A stretch of 56,383 nucleotides of DNA, filler included, from Malassezia furfur (taxonomy: Eukaryota), in assembly GCA_052055015.1 (NCBI GenBank). It is 3 parts of 3 records of this genome, joined end to end, with 100 filler letters (N's around TTAATTAATTAA, not from the genome) between each part and the next. Parts side by side here need not be neighbours in the genome. Positions count along the whole stretch, not along the records: positions 18,847 to 37,586 come from JBQJIT010000204.1; 2 more parts are not named here. One strand, given 5' to 3'. The notes under the pieces are model-generated. The model saw nothing but the letters and a program-made list of their open reading frames with translations, had not been told where the DNA came from and did not search any database. Positions within the stretch are counted from its first letter, which is position 1. Every line of letters starts with the position of its first letter. The translations under genes were made by a program, and so were the position numbers. Shown in pieces: positions 19,216 to 31,200 of the stretch.

Positions 19216-21195
19216 CTACAAAAAGGGCACGCGCGGCGCGACCCGAGCGACGCGCACCGCGGGCGGCGCCGCGGCCTCGGTGGGCGCAGGCGCAGAGTGT
19301 GCGAGCGTCCATGGGGCGAACGCGAGGCGCAGGCGCGCGGCCTCGGCGGCGATCTCGGGCGCGGCCGGCGCACCGCGCGCGAGGTGCGCCAGCATCGCCG
19401 CGTCCCGTGCGCCGTGCGGCGTCCATGCCGTGGCGAATGCGCGCAGCGTGTCGGGCGCCTCTGGCCCAAGCTGCAGCTGCGCCATGCTCAGCGCACGCAG
19501 CGCCGCGTACAGCGCCTCGGACACCACGTCGCTGCTCGGCACGCGCGGGGAGGCAGGAGCCTCGCGCGCCGCAGCACACGCCGCGCCGACCACGACACGT
19601 GTCCAGCGCACTTCCAGCGTAGTGTGCAGCTCGGCGAGGCGCGCCGACCATGCCGCGCCGCTTGTCTGCAATCGCGGCGCGACCGCCGTCTGGAGACGAC
19701 CACATAGCCGAAGTAGGTACACGAGGGACGGCGCATTGTCGCGCGCCGCGTCGCCCAGGCGCGCCACAAGCGCCTCACATGTGCGCGCGAGCGGCTCGGT
19801 TGCGACGCGGCCGTACGCCTCGGCGTGCTGGGCGGCACGCACGAGGCGCGTCTCGAGCAGCGTCGCGGCGTCGAGCGGCGCAGGCGCCGGTGGGAACACG
19901 GGGGGCGGCCCACGCGCCGCCGCATCGAGACCAGCACGCACAGCGTCGGCAAACACATCGACGGTCGTGCGCAGCAGCTGCTCGACGAGCTGCATCGCGC
20001 GAGCATCGAGCAGCGCGGCGACGCGGGCCTCGAGTGCGTCGAGCGGCGCACCGAGCGCCGCGGCCGGGCAGTCCGTGTGCAGTGCCGTGTGCAGTGCCGT
20101 GCGGCACGCCGCGATCGCGTCGAGGTCGCCGACCGTGTCCAGCACGGCCGACAGCGTCGCGAGCTCGTGGGCGACCTGCTCGCTCCACGCGGCGCACGCG
20201 GCATCGACGTCGGCTGCCGAGGGGCATGCGGCGTCGTTCGGCGGCGCAATGCGCACGACCACATCGGGCAGGTGTGCGTACGCATCGGCGGCGCGCGGCG
20301 CGAGCAGCGGCGCACCCAGCGCGTACAGACGCGATGACGTCGCGGCCTGCTCGCCGAGCGCTTCGAGCGTCGTCTGCAGCGCACTGCCGCGGGCGCCGCG
20401 CGGCGCAAACACGGCATGCGTGTGTGCGAGCGTCGCGGCGACGCACGCGGCGGCGGCGTGCACCGTGTCGCGTGCGTCGTGTGCCGGCGCGCCGAGGAGC
20501 GCACGGAGGTGGGCGGTGCGCTGCTGGTGGAAGCGCGCGAGTGCCTCGCCGGGTGTCGCGGCGCGCAGTACGACGAGCGCCGTGGCCGACGCCAGGACGC
20601 CACCCGTAGGCGCATCGGCGAGGCGTGCGTCGGCGCATGCCGCGACCTCGGCGGCGCTCTGCGTAAGGGCTGCGTGCGCGCTCTGTGTCTCGGGCAGGTG
20701 CGGCACGTCGGGCGCGTGCTCTGCGAGGTAGGCGTGCGCGGCGCGGCCTACGCACACACCCCACGCGGCCTGCAGCAGTGCGCCGTGCTGCAGTGCGGCG
20801 TCGACGAGCGCGGGCGCATCGAGGAGCAGCAGCGCACAGGCGCGCGTCGCTTGTGCCGGGCACGCCGGGGGCGTGCGTGCGGCGAGCGCAGCGGCGCGGT
20901 CCGCCGCCTGCGCGCTGTGGCGCTCAACGTCGGTGTGCAGCGTAGTGAGCGTGCCGCGCAGCGTGGTGAGCGACGTGTTCATGCGGACGACGGTGTGAGC
21001 GACGTCGAGCAGCGCCTCGTAGCGCCCGCCGACGAGCGCGCGTGCGGCGCGCTGCTTGTCGTCCGCAAGGCGCCCGAGCGTCGCAGCGAAGGTATCGAGC
21101 TGTGCGACGCTGTGCTGCGCAAACAATGTGTCGGCGTCCGTGCGGAGCGCGTCCGGCACCGACGGCCCCGGCGCGTCCGCCCGCGGCGCGGTCAT
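19216..21195 (-). CDS. COG1: COG complex subunit 1-like (Vps51/Vps67 N-terminal domain)
   Basis: [14 protein letters not shown]...[28 protein letters not shown], followed by a helical Ala/Leu-rich body. Confidence 0.7.
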   Translation of the reverse strand: MTAPRADAPGPSVPDALRTDADTLFAQHSVAQLDTFAATLGRLADDKQRAARALVGGRYEALLDVAHTVVRMNTSLTTLRGTLTTLHTDVERHSAQAADRAAALAARTPPACPAQATRACALLLLDAPALVDAALQHGALLQAAWGVCVGRAAHAYLAEHAPDVPHLPETQSAHAALTQSAAEVAACADARLADAPTGGVLASATALVVLRAATPGEALARFHQQRTAHLRALLGAPAHDARDTVHAAAACVAATLAHTHAVFAPRGARGSALQTTLEALGEQAATSSRLYALGAPLLAPRAADAYAHLPDVVVRIAPPNDAACPSAADVDAACAAWSEQVAHELATLSAVLDTVGDLDAIAACRTALHTALHTDCPAAALGAPLDALEARVAALLDARAMQLVEQLLRTTVDVFADAVRAGLDAAARGPPPVFPPAPAPLDAATLLETRLVRAAQHAEAYGRVATEPLARTCEALVARLGDAARDNAPSLVYLLRLCGRLQTAVAPRLQTSGAAWSARLAELHTTLEVRWTRVVVGAACAAAREAPASPRVPSSDVVSEALYAALRALSMAQLQLGPEAPDTLRAFATAWTPHGARDAAMLAHLARGAPAAPEIAAEAARLRLAFAPWTLAHSAPAPTEAAAPPAVRVARVAPRVPFL

Positions 21196-21233
21196 TGTGG
21201 AGGGGGAACACTGCTACAGCGCCGCCTACGGAA

Positions 21234-22041
21234 TTACATGATGCCGCAGCACGAGTCTGCGTTAGGGTGCGTGTGCACGTACTTTGCTTGCGCGCCGACT
21301 TGTAAAACATCTTGCTCTGCTGGCTGAGCGAGCCACTCTTTTCCACGAGCTTGTCGAGGTCCTCGCCGCGCTGCAGGACCGAGTCGATCGTGTTGTGCTG
21401 CGTGAGCGGCGCGCACTTACCAGCACAATCTTGGTGTCGTCGAGCTCCTGCTGCACACGCAGGATCGTGTCCGCCTGGCGCGGGTCCTGGTAGCGCGCGA
21501 GGTACTCCTGCGCCTGCGGGAACTCGCTCGACTTGACGATGCCCTCGCCCTTCGACGGGATGTTGCCGCTGAGCGCGAGGTTGTTCGCCTGCGTCTGCCA
21601 GCTCGTCTTGGACACCTTGATCATGAACTCCTCCAGGAGCTTGTTCAGCAGCGAGAAGGCGACGCGCACCGGGTACTCGCTGTCCGAGATCAGCACACCG
21701 CTCACGCCGTCGACCGCCGGGCGCGCATGCACGTGCGCCGTGAACTGGTTCTCCGACACCGACTGGCGCTGCGTGGGCGAGGTGCGCTCAGCGACCGTCT
21801 GTGGGTTAGTGGGCGAGCGGCGCGGCGCGGCACGTACCTTGGCCATGAACGCCATCATGTCCTGCACCGTTCCGCGCTGGATCCACGAGAAGGAGTTGAG
21901 GTCCCACGCACTCAGCAGCGGCACGGCCGGCTGGCCGGGCTGCGTCGCAAAGATGAGCACCGAGACTGGGTTAGGCATGCGCGCGCGCGCTACGTACACA
22001 GCTTCCTGCGGTCAGTCGGTCGCGGCTCGCTCCACCTACAT
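21234..22041 (-). CDS. YKT6: R-SNARE Ykt6
   Basis: Longin domain ([29 protein letters not shown]), SNARE core with RGEDLDKLV and C-terminal CCGIM CAAX. Introns 22006-22039, 21966-21997, 21799-21837, 21398-21420 and 21257-21282. Confidence 0.95.
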
Positions 22042-22114
22042 GTTGGTTGCGTGCTGGCGGCTCAGCGACAACCCGTGACCCGATCCGCGCATGATCGGGC
22101 CTTCTTCCCCCGCC

Positions 22115-23665
22115 ATGGCTGCTCCGACTTCGCGTGCACGGATCGTCCAATTTGTGGTCGCCGCGCTCGTCGCGCTGTTCGCGCTGAAGACATATGAGCT
22201 ACGCAACTCGCTTATGATGATGCACACCTCGTCGCGCACGCGCTTCCCGGGCTTCTACGTGCGCAACCAAACGGACGAGTTCGGCGCCGTGCGCTGCCGC
22301 AACGTGCACGGCGCCTACGTCCCCGATGCGCGTGCGTACTCGGTGGACCCTGCAACGCACCAGGCCGCACAGACGACCGACTCGTGCGAGGACGTACGCA
22401 TGTCGACGCTGCTCGGCATCGCTGTGATCTCGTGCGACCCGGGCCGCGTCAAGTGGAATGCGGTCATGGGCCCGCTCGACGAGCCGCACAAGCGCGGCGC
22501 GGTCTGGGTGCTCGACTACAAGGATGCGTCCGCAGAGCCCTACATGCTCGCGCTCGAGGGCTTCCCCGATGCACACGACTTCCACCCGCTCGGCATGAGC
22601 CTGCTCGAGCTCTCGAAGAAGCTTGCGCGCCTCTTTATCGTGAACCACCGCGCGATCGGCAGCACGGTCGAGGTGGTGGACCTGCAGAACGTGCGGGGCG
22701 TGTGGCGCGCGCGCTACGTGCGCACGCTCTACGACACGCTCGGCACGCACGCGGCCAACAGCATCCAGGCGCTCGACCGCAACGAGGTGCTGGTGACCAA
22801 CATGCACACCGCCCAGACGCGCACGCCGGCCCTCGCCTACGTCGCAAGCACGCTTGAGCGCCTGTACGGTCCGCGCGCCAAGCGCTTCGCCCACTACCTC
22901 GACAACGCGCGCAACAAGGAGCGCGTGCGCGGGGTCGAGAACGTCGTGGGCGGCGGTTGGATCGCGCACGTCGCGTTTGTCGATGCGGCGCCTGCGAGCG
23001 CTGAAGAGGACCTCGACGCATGGTCGGTGGGTGTCGAGGCACGTGCAGTCGCGCGGCGCATTCCGTTTGCGAACGGCATCGCCATCACGCCCGGCCATCG
23101 CTACGTCGTTGCGGCGTCGACGTCGCTGCCCGGCGTGCTCCTTTTCCCGGTGCAGCGCTGGACGGAGCACGGCGAGCCGGACTGGCAAAGCCCGGAGGTG
23201 CTGGGGCAGCGCATCGTCGTGCCGACGCCCTTCTTTGCGGACAACGTCGACGTGGTCCCGCCGAAGCCCGCGCAGCGCATCCGTGCCGACGACCCGCTTG
23301 CGGGCGCCAAGGTGGTCGTGGCCGGCCACCCGTCGCTGCCGGACCTGGCCGACATGATGCAGAACATTGGCTCCGAGGAGCACCGCGGCGCGAGCTGGGC
23401 GGTCGAGATCACATACACCGGCACGGACGCGACGGACGACGCGCCCTTCCCCGCGGACGCGCGGCTCGGTGGCCTGCCGCGCGGCTGGCGCGTGCGCACG
23501 CTGATGCAGACCGACGGCCGGCCGTACTCGTACCTGGACCGCCGTGTCGAGATGCCCACGAGCTGCGGCGTGGCGTGGGACGACACGGGCGAGGGTCTCG
23601 GCACGCTGATTGTCACGGGCCTCTACTCGCCTGCGCCGCTCGTGTGCCAGGGCGTCTACAACTAA
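22115..23665 (+). CDS. Paraoxonase/arylesterase-like Ca-dependent six-bladed beta-propeller with signal anchor
   Basis: N-terminal hydrophobic helix; SCEDV, DFHPLGMSL, FIVNH, AANSI, FANGIAI and FADNVDV motifs. An alternative ATG lies at 22091. Confidence 0.8.
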   Translation: MAAPTSRARIVQFVVAALVALFALKTYELRNSLMMMHTSSRTRFPGFYVRNQTDEFGAVRCRNVHGAYVPDARAYSVDPATHQAAQTTDSCEDVRMSTLLGIAVISCDPGRVKWNAVMGPLDEPHKRGAVWVLDYKDASAEPYMLALEGFPDAHDFHPLGMSLLELSKKLARLFIVNHRAIGSTVEVVDLQNVRGVWRARYVRTLYDTLGTHAANSIQALDRNEVLVTNMHTAQTRTPALAYVASTLERLYGPRAKRFAHYLDNARNKERVRGVENVVGGGWIAHVAFVDAAPASAEEDLDAWSVGVEARAVARRIPFANGIAITPGHRYVVAASTSLPGVLLFPVQRWTEHGEPDWQSPEVLGQRIVVPTPFFADNVDVVPPKPAQRIRADDPLAGAKVVVAGHPSLPDLADMMQNIGSEEHRGASWAVEITYTGTDATDDAPFPADARLGGLPRGWRVRTLMQTDGRPYSYLDRRVEMPTSCGVAWDDTGEGLGTLIVTGLYSPAPLVCQGVYN

Positions 23666-23795
23666 AGCGGGACGCGCGCCATGCGTGCGCCGTCGCTGCG
23701 TCTTCTTACGTACATAACGGGCCATGAGCTTCTCCTCTCCCCCTTCCCCCCTCGCACGCAGCCACGTAGGCGAAGAAAAAACGCAAGATGAGTAT

Positions 23796-26700
23796 CTATA
23801 CAGTCGGGTATGGCGAGTCCGGCTCGAGCATTGCCTTGGTTTCTTCCTCCTCGCGGCGGTACTGCTTGTCGGCGATCAGCGCCTCGTACCCCGGGTGGCG
23901 GTGGTCCGGATGGCCCGGCACGACGCGGCTGTTCGGACTCGTGGATGCGTCGCGGTCATGCGCGGCGTCGTGGGGCGATGCGTTGCGAGACGAGCGGCGC
24001 GGCTGCTCCGGGCTCTGCGAGTCGTTGGGGCCCATCGGCGGCGAGATGGCTTTGGCGGCCTCGGCCTCCACATACGCCTCGGCGAGCTCCTCGGCGGCCT
24101 CGGGGGCGCCTGGCTCCACCGCGTCGAGCTCGCCCTCGGCGTTGAGTTCGTCGACGAGCGTGCGGATCCACGGGTGCATGCGGAGCTCGAGGGCGGTCGG
24201 GCGCGTCGTTGGGTCGATTGTGAGGCACTGCCGCAGGAAGTCGATGCCGAGCGGCGAGAGCTGCGACTCATCCGGGAGCGGCGGGTGCTGCTGGGCCATG
24301 CCGATGTGGAACATGATGGCCCACTCGTTGTCGAGGTGGGCCCATGGCCGCGAGCCGGTGGCGCACTCGAGGATGACGCACCCCAGACTCCAGATGTCCA
24401 TCGCGCCCTGGCGCCCTTCGTGGTTGCCCTTGATCACCTCGGGGCTCATGTACATCGGCGTGCCCTGCAGACTCTGCCCTGCGGCGTCGATGCCCGGTCC
24501 TGCGGGCCCGCCGATCACCGGCACGCTTGGCTTGCGGCTGCGCTGGACGGTGCGTGAGCTTGCCGAGAGCACCTTGGCGGCGCCGAAGTCGACAAACTTG
24601 ATGACGCCCATGTGGTCGAGCAGGATGTTTTCCGGCTTGATGTCGCGGTGCACCACGTTCTTGGAGTGGAGGTACATGAGGCCGTCGAGCATCTGGAGCG
24701 TGTACACCTGCAAAACGATCTCGTCCTCGATGCGCCCGTGCTCGAGGAGCTGGGCGAGGCTGCCGCCCTGGCAGTACTCCTCAAAGATGTACACCTTGTC
24801 GCGGTGCACTTCGATGCCGTAGTACTCGACAATGTTGGGGTGGCGCAGCATCTCCATCACGTTCATCTCGTCGTGGATCTGCTTGTAGAGGCTCGGCGTG
24901 CTGCTCAGCTCCTGGAAGCGGATCTCCTTGACCGCCATCAGCCCGCCCGTGTCGAGGTTCACGGCGAGGTACACGGTGCCGAACGTGCCGCCGCCGATGA
25001 AGCGGCCCTGCTGCCAGCGCATCTGCACGCCCTTGGACGCGAGCAGCTGCAGCCCGCGGTCCTCGACGCGCGTGTCGTCCAGCACGCGGCCGACCGCGCG
25101 GCGCTCGACGAGCTGCTCGTGGCGCCGCTCCTCGTGCACGACGCACTCCGCGAGGCGCCGCGAGGACACCGCGTCGAGCAGCTCCTGCGGGTGGTTGACG
25201 ATCTCGAGCTCCGTCTTGCGCGCGCGCACGAGCTTGTCGCGCTCGAAGCGCTTCTGCGCCTCCTCGGCCTGCGCCGCGTCGGAGCGCGCGCCGAGGATGT
25301 CAAAATGCGAGATGAGCAGCGCAACGCACGCCGACACCTTGCCCTTGAGCATCGCAAACTCGTGCTCGCTCAGCAAAAAGATGCGCTCGCCGCGCGTCAT
25401 CTGCATCGCGTTCTCCAGCGCGGCGACCGCCCACTTGAACGTCTTGCGCTCGGTCAGCACACAGTCGTCGCAGATGAACGAGATCCACTCGATCGCGAGC
25501 TGCGCCAGCGTCGCCGAGATCTGGCTGCGCAGCCGCTGCGACTCGAGGTAGCCGAGCGCGCGCGCGCCCTGGTCGACGGCGATGCTGAAGCACGTCTGCA
25601 CCAGCTCGTCGCAGCTCGCGCGGTCCGCGGCGCTCGGCTCGGGCGCGTGCGGCCCACGCAGCGCGACCATCTGCCGGCGGATCGCGGGCACGGCGTGGAG
25701 CACCGTGTCGGTGAGCACGTACGCGCCCTTGTTCATCAGCTTGAGCTCGTGCTGGATCATGCTCAGGTGCGCCATCTGCTCGTACACCGTCACCAGCGGG
25801 AAGGTGTGTGCGGGCGGCGGCGACGCATAGTCGGTCGGCCGCGCGCTCGGCGGCGCAAACTGCCACTGCAGGTGGTGCTTGCAGTACTGCAGGCGCTCGC
25901 GCGTGCCATCGGCGACGACGCGCAGCCGCTGCTCCTTGAGGTTCACGTTGATCCACGGCAGCGGCAGCGTCATCACACGCCCGGTCCACAGGAACGGCTC
26001 GCGCGGGCTCAGCAGCACGAGGTAGTGCGGCGGCGTGCGCAGCCGCGCCTGCGTGCGCGTCGGCGTGTCGCCGGACAGCGGGTCGTCCGCCGTGCGCGCC
26101 GCACGCGTGCCGCGCGGCTGCCAGATACACGTAAACATCAGCTCCTGGATCGTCTGCGGCTGGTCGTGCAGGCTCGGCTCGGCGAGCACGTAGATACCGC
26201 GCTCCTCAAAGCTCGACGTGTACACCAGGAAGTAGTCGGCCTGCAGCAACGTCTGCAGAAAGCCGTGCAGGTCGTATTGCGCCAGCGGCGTGCCGTCCGA
26301 CGCGAGCGGCGGCGTGGCGTCGGGGCGCGCCTTGAGCGAGCGCAGGTCGTACTCGGCGGCGTTCTCGAGGCGCTCGCGCACCTTGCGCGCAAAGCCCACG
26401 AGCTTGCGGCTGCGCACACGCTCTGTGTTGAATACGGTATGGATCCAGCGGATCATCTCGGGCACGCTCATCGCCACGTTGCCCTCGGTGAGGTGCCCGG
26501 CGGTGCTCGGGCCGCTGGCCACCGCGCCGCTTGCGTCGGGCGCGGGCGCGGGAACCGGCGCGGGCGCAGCGCCCGGCCCACGCTTGGCGCTCGGCGCCTG
26601 CAGCTCGCGCTGGAAGTAGGCAATGATGCGCACAAACAGCCGGTTCACCATGTACGCCGTCTTGTGCGCAACGATCGCATCGCCGCCGGGAATCACCTTC

Positions 26701-28145
26701 ACCGCCGAGCACAAAAAGTCCCACTCGGGCTCGAGCAGGTCGACCTCCTTGAAGTACGCCGTGCTCTTGAGCCGGAAGTGCAGCAGGCGGAAAAAGAAGA
26801 CCAGCGCGGAACACACCGTGGCGTCAAACGCGTCGTCGGACTGCAGCGGCAGATCCCAGCCGCGCTCGGGGTCCGATACGGTCGCCTCGGCGTACTGCAG
26901 CTTGATGCGGCATGCAAGCGCAATCGCCGTACGCAGATCCTCGGAGAGCGACTCGACCAGCAGCACACTCGGCTCCTTGAGCTTGTCCGCATACGCAAGA
27001 CGCTGACGCAGCGCACCCTCGGCAAGCCACATGGGGAACTTGATCAGCGGCAGCACGTCGGGCTCAAACGACGGCAACCGCATCGCACGGAACGCCGTGT
27101 GGTACAGCGCAGTGGTCTCGCGCGCCTTGAGCACCAGCTGGTTGAGCGCATACAGCGTGCGCCGCTCAAACGTCTGCTGCAGGTTGCTCTCGCGAAAGAT
27201 GTCCTCCACGCGCGTGTCGGCATGCGCGTCGCTCTCGATGCCGCGCTCAAGCACCTCAGACGCACCCACGCCGGGCAGGCCGACGGCACTGTCAAAGCTC
27301 GTCGCGCCGACGATTCCTCCGGGGCCCGTCAGCGAGCCGGTCCACTTGGCGAGCACCACGGCCTGCGCCTGCAGCGAGCGCGTCACGTTGTACCACGAGT
27401 AGAGCGCCGCAAGCTTTTGCTGCACCGCAGGGCTGCCCCACGCGGGGTACGCCGCAAGCATCTGGCGCTGCGACGGGAAAAGCGACTCGGCAACGTCGAC
27501 ACGCGCGAGCAGCGCCGCGACCTCGCGCATGACCTCGGCACGCTGCTCGGGCGAGGCGTACGTCGGGTCTTCGGCCTCGGCGTCGTTCGCTGCACCCGCT
27601 GCGCCCGGCGCACCCGGCGTGCGCCGACGTTCGGACGACGGCGACGTGGCGCCAAAGTCGCGCGCGCGCGTAATATCCTCAATGAGCGCCGGCATGACCT
27701 GCTGCTGGATCTCTTGCAGCACCTTGCGTTGAATGTCGGTATTGTAGCGCCCCTCGACATTGCCAAAGTGCATCGCACGCAGCTTGAACCAAATCTCGTA
27801 CATAAACTTGCTCGGGGCCGGCACAGAGGCGTCGACGGAGGTGATGCGCTTCGTCTCGCTGCTCAGCACCTCGCTCTCAAGCACAGAGCGCAGCATCATC
27901 TGCCACTCGAGGCGCTTGTTCGGGTCGTCCTCGAACGCCATGTGCTCGAGCATGCCCTGCTCGGCCTGCGGCGTACTCATCTGCATTGGTGTCTCGACGG
28001 GCCGCGAGCGGCTCACGCGCATGCGCGAGAAGTAGCTCGACAGCTCCGGCCGCGCACGGTGTGGCTGACTGAGTGACGGATGCCGCTTGGTATGCGCCGC
28101 GCCCGGCTCGGCGGACGCGGACCCCCGACTCCGCTCCCGGTCCAT
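23796..28145 (-). CDS. SSK2: HOG-pathway MAPKKK Ssk2
   Basis: RLEWQMMLRSVLESEVLSSETKRI, LAIEWISFICDDCVLTERKTFKWAV and kinase RWQQGRFIGGGTFGTVY...HRDIKPEN...GTPMYMSPE. Confidence 0.93.
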   Translation of the reverse strand: MDRERSRGSASAEPGAAHTKRHPSLSQPHRARPELSSYFSRMRVSRSRPVETPMQMSTPQAEQGMLEHMAFEDDPNKRLEWQMMLRSVLESEVLSSETKRITSVDASVPAPSKFMYEIWFKLRAMHFGNVEGRYNTDIQRKVLQEIQQQVMPALIEDITRARDFGATSPSSERRRTPGAPGAAGAANDAEAEDPTYASPEQRAEVMREVAALLARVDVAESLFPSQRQMLAAYPAWGSPAVQQKLAALYSWYNVTRSLQAQAVVLAKWTGSLTGPGGIVGATSFDSAVGLPGVGASEVLERGIESDAHADTRVEDIFRESNLQQTFERRTLYALNQLVLKARETTALYHTAFRAMRLPSFEPDVLPLIKFPMWLAEGALRQRLAYADKLKEPSVLLVESLSEDLRTAIALACRIKLQYAEATVSDPERGWDLPLQSDDAFDATVCSALVFFFRLLHFRLKSTAYFKEVDLLEPEWDFLCSAVKVIPGGDAIVAHKTAYMVNRLFVRIIAYFQRELQAPSAKRGPGAAPAPVPAPAPDASGAVASGPSTAGHLTEGNVAMSVPEMIRWIHTVFNTERVRSRKLVGFARKVRERLENAAEYDLRSLKARPDATPPLASDGTPLAQYDLHGFLQTLLQADYFLVYTSSFEERGIYVLAEPSLHDQPQTIQELMFTCIWQPRGTRAARTADDPLSGDTPTRTQARLRTPPHYLVLLSPREPFLWTGRVMTLPLPWINVNLKEQRLRVVADGTRERLQYCKHHLQWQFAPPSARPTDYASPPPAHTFPLVTVYEQMAHLSMIQHELKLMNKGAYVLTDTVLHAVPAIRRQMVALRGPHAPEPSAADRASCDELVQTCFSIAVDQGARALGYLESQRLRSQISATLAQLAIEWISFICDDCVLTERKTFKWAVAALENAMQMTRGERIFLLSEHEFAMLKGKVSACVALLISHFDILGARSDAAQAEEAQKRFERDKLVRARKTELEIVNHPQELLDAVSSRRLAECVVHEERRHEQLVERRAVGRVLDDTRVEDRGLQLLASKGVQMRWQQGRFIGGGTFGTVYLAVNLDTGGLMAVKEIRFQELSSTPSLYKQIHDEMNVMEMLRHPNIVEYYGIEVHRDKVYIFEEYCQGGSLAQLLEHGRIEDEIVLQVYTLQMLDGLMYLHSKNVVHRDIKPENILLDHMGVIKFVDFGAAKVLSASSRTVQRSRKPSVPVIGGPAGPGIDAAGQSLQGTPMYMSPEVIKGNHEGRQGAMDIWSLGCVILECATGSRPWAHLDNEWAIMFHIGMAQQHPPLPDESQLSPLGIDFLRQCLTIDPTTRPTALELRMHPWIRTLVDELNAEGELDAVEPGAPEAAEELAEAYVEAEAAKAISPPMGPNDSQSPEQPRRSSRNASPHDAAHDRDASTSPNSRVVPGHPDHRHPGYEALIADKQYRREEEETKAMLEPDSPYPTV

Positions 28146-28230
28146 GCTGGCGACGGGCGACGCGGCGCGCGCGCTCGATCGGGGGTCGATCGGGGTGTGC
28201 ACGCGCGCACCGGCGGTCGGCGCAGCGTCG

Positions 28231-31200
28231 ATGTACTGGCCGTCGGCGCCTGCGCGGCGCCTGTGTGCGCCCACGCAGCCGACCACCGCTGGCGACGAGC
28301 GCGGCGCGGGCGCCGTGCACATCGCACTCGCGCGCGACGCGTCCATGTGGCTCGCCGTGACGCCGAGCGCGCTCCAGGTGTGGGGTGTACGGCCCAGCGA
28401 GCTGCTCGCCGCGCTCGAGCGCACCCAGCTCAGCCTGGACGAGTACGGCGCAAACGTCGCAGCCGAGTGGCGCAGCGATACACGTGCAATCGTCGTGCAT
28501 ACGGCGCGCGACACGCTGCTTTTCTACGACGTGCATGTCCTCGACGGGTCGTTTGGGTACGGCGCCGAGCCGGGAGCGGTGCCGCCCGCCGCGCTCTTTG
28601 ACGCGACATTTCGCGCAGAGCCCGGCGAGCACTACTGCACGGCACCAGACACGCCGCTGGGCGCGCGCGCGCGCGTGCGCGTCACGTTCCGGCACGCGCT
28701 TGCCGTCGCGCCGCGCATCGCTGCGCTCACGGCGTTTGACACCTACGTACTCGTCGGCACCATCGAGCCGGCCGCCGTGCAGCTCGTGCCATGGCCGGAC
28801 GTGGACACTCTCGCCCAGCCGACCGTGCTCGTGCGCGATTTGGCGTTTGTCGCCGAGACCGCGCCGCTCACCTGTGCGGTGTACTCGCGCGCAATGGCGA
28901 TGCTCGTGTGGATCATTGCACAACGCGCGTACGTCGTCGGCTTCGACGATGCGTGGGAGGGTACGTGCTTCTGGGACGCGGAAGACGCAGCACAGGCGCC
29001 CATCGCGGCCGCCGTGAACGCGCGCTTCAGTCTCGTGGCGCTCGGCCAAGCGGACGGCGACGTGCGCCTGTTCGAGTTCCAGACACCGCACGAGGCGCCC
29101 ATGCGTGTTGCGACGCTCGCGCTTGGTGCGGCACTGCGACGCGACGACGTGCGCGCGGTGCCGGGCCGCGTGTGTGCGCTTGCCTGGACACCCGACGGGC
29201 ACGCGCTGTGGGTTGGCTACGAGCACGGCTGGGCGCTCTGGAGCACGCTCGGTGCACTGCTCGTGCACAGCTTCCGTGACGACTGGGACACGGCGGTGCG
29301 CACCTTCCGCGACGCGTTCATGCACGGCGCGCGCGCCGCCTTTTTCGGGCCGGGCGGCACAGAGCTGTACGTGCTGGCCTCGGCGCCGAGCAACGACGCG
29401 CTCGTGCACGTCGTGCCGCTCGTACGTGCCGCACGCACGATGCAGGCCGCCCCCGACGATGCGGGCACCGCAGTGCTCGTCGAAAACGACGGCGTGCGCG
29501 TGTTTTGCGGCGACGAGCTGCAGGACGCGGGGCTCTTGGCGCACGACCACGACGCATGGCGACACGTGCCGGTGCCGCCCGCGTACCTCGCCGAGCACTG
29601 GCCACTGCGGTACGCGGCGCTCTCGAGCGACGGGCGGTTCCTTGCGGTGGCCGGGCGCCGCGGTCTCGCGCACTTTAGCTGCGCGTCGGGGCGCTGGAAG
29701 ACGTTTGCACAGGCCGCGCAGGCGCGCGCGTTTGCGGTGCGCGGCGGCCTCGTCTGGTTCGAACACGTACTGATCGCCGCATGCGACGCCGACGGTGAGA
29801 TCCAGCTGCGTGTGTACGCGCGCGACACGGAGCTTGCCAATGCGCACCTGCTCGACCTCGTCAAGCTGCCCTCGCCGGTGGTGCTCCTGTCGCTGTTCGA
29901 CACGAGCTTGCTGGTGTACACGGCGGACAACACGCTGTACCACTACCTCATCACCCCGACCGAACACCACTTGCGCCTGCGCCTGTGCGGCAGCATCTCG
30001 TTCGAGGGCATCGTCGGCGAGCCGGCCCGCGTGCGTGCGCTCTCGTGGCTCCTGCCGCCGGGGCAGCAGGCGCTCGGCGACCCGGAGAACGACCTGGCCG
30101 TCGTCTCGCTCCTGTTCCTCATTGACGCCAAGCTCGTCCTGCTCCGTCCGACGCGCACCGCCGCCGATGCCGACGCCGACGTCGCGTACGATTTGCACAT
30201 CCTCCACGAGCAAGTCGAGACCTACTTCACCAACCTGCAGGGACGCGGGCCGCTGCACAACTCGCTCTGGGCGTTTGACGGACAGAGCCTCGCACTCTGG
30301 CCCGACGTCCATGCGCTCGTCGCCGGCGACGCACGCGCACCTAGCGCCGTGCTCCCGCTCGACGCCTACCCCGTGTGCTTGCTGCTCGCGCGCGGCGTCG
30401 TGTTCGCCATCGAGGGCACCGTCAGCGTACGCCGCACGCTCGACACCGCTTCGTTCCGCCTGCACGCGCGCTCTGTCCCATTCCTGCACGCGCTCCTCCG
30501 TGTGTACCTCGGGCGCGAGCAGCTCGACGACGCGCTCGACGTTGCCGCACGCTACCGCACGCTCGACTACTTCGCCCACAGCCTTGAGCTTCTTGTGCAC
30601 GACCTGCTCGAGGAAGAGGCAGATGCACGCCCGCCGCTGCCGCCTGCGCAGCGCCGCCTGCCGCTCGCGCTGCAGTTCCTGGACCACTTTGACCAAGCAC
30701 TGCAAGTCGTTGCGCGCGTCGCTCGCAAAACCGAGGCATCGCGGTGGCCCATGCTCTTTGATGCGGCCGGGACCGCGCCTGAGCTCCTCCAGGCGTGCCT
30801 CGACGAGGGCGACGCAGACACCGCGCGGCACTACCTCCTCATCGTACACGAGCTGGCGGACGAGGCGACCAGCGTCGCGCTCACCGCCGCTGTCCTGCAC
30901 GCGCTCGAGTCCCACGGAGCATGGGACGCTGTGCGCGAAGTACTCAGCTTCGTGCGCTCGCTCGACGACTCGGGCGCTCGCCTTGAAGCATCGCTGCGCG
31001 CCGCGCAGCCGCTCGTCGCCGACGACTCTCCGCTGCGCCTCGCGATGCCCGACGCGCCGCTTGCGCCGCCAAAACGCGCGCTCGTCGCTGCTCCGCGCCG
31101 CCCGACGTCGCAGCCGTCGCGCAGGGAGGCCGCCGAGGCACCGTTGGGCGTCCCGCGCGCACACACCCTGCACCAGGCCGCGCGGCATGCCTCACTCACG

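Noticed and set aside
24612..28076. Very long antisense ORFs (also 33417-36833, 27877-31188, 1356-3425, 22199-23725)
   Set aside because: They mirror real genes. Extreme GC3 bias removes antisense stop codons, and the translations have no recognisable motifs.
28087..28514. Apparent overlap of the SSK2 and RIC1 ORFs
   Set aside because: An artefact of upstream ORF extension. The credible starts are 28145 (-) and 28231 (+, MYWP), which do not overlap.
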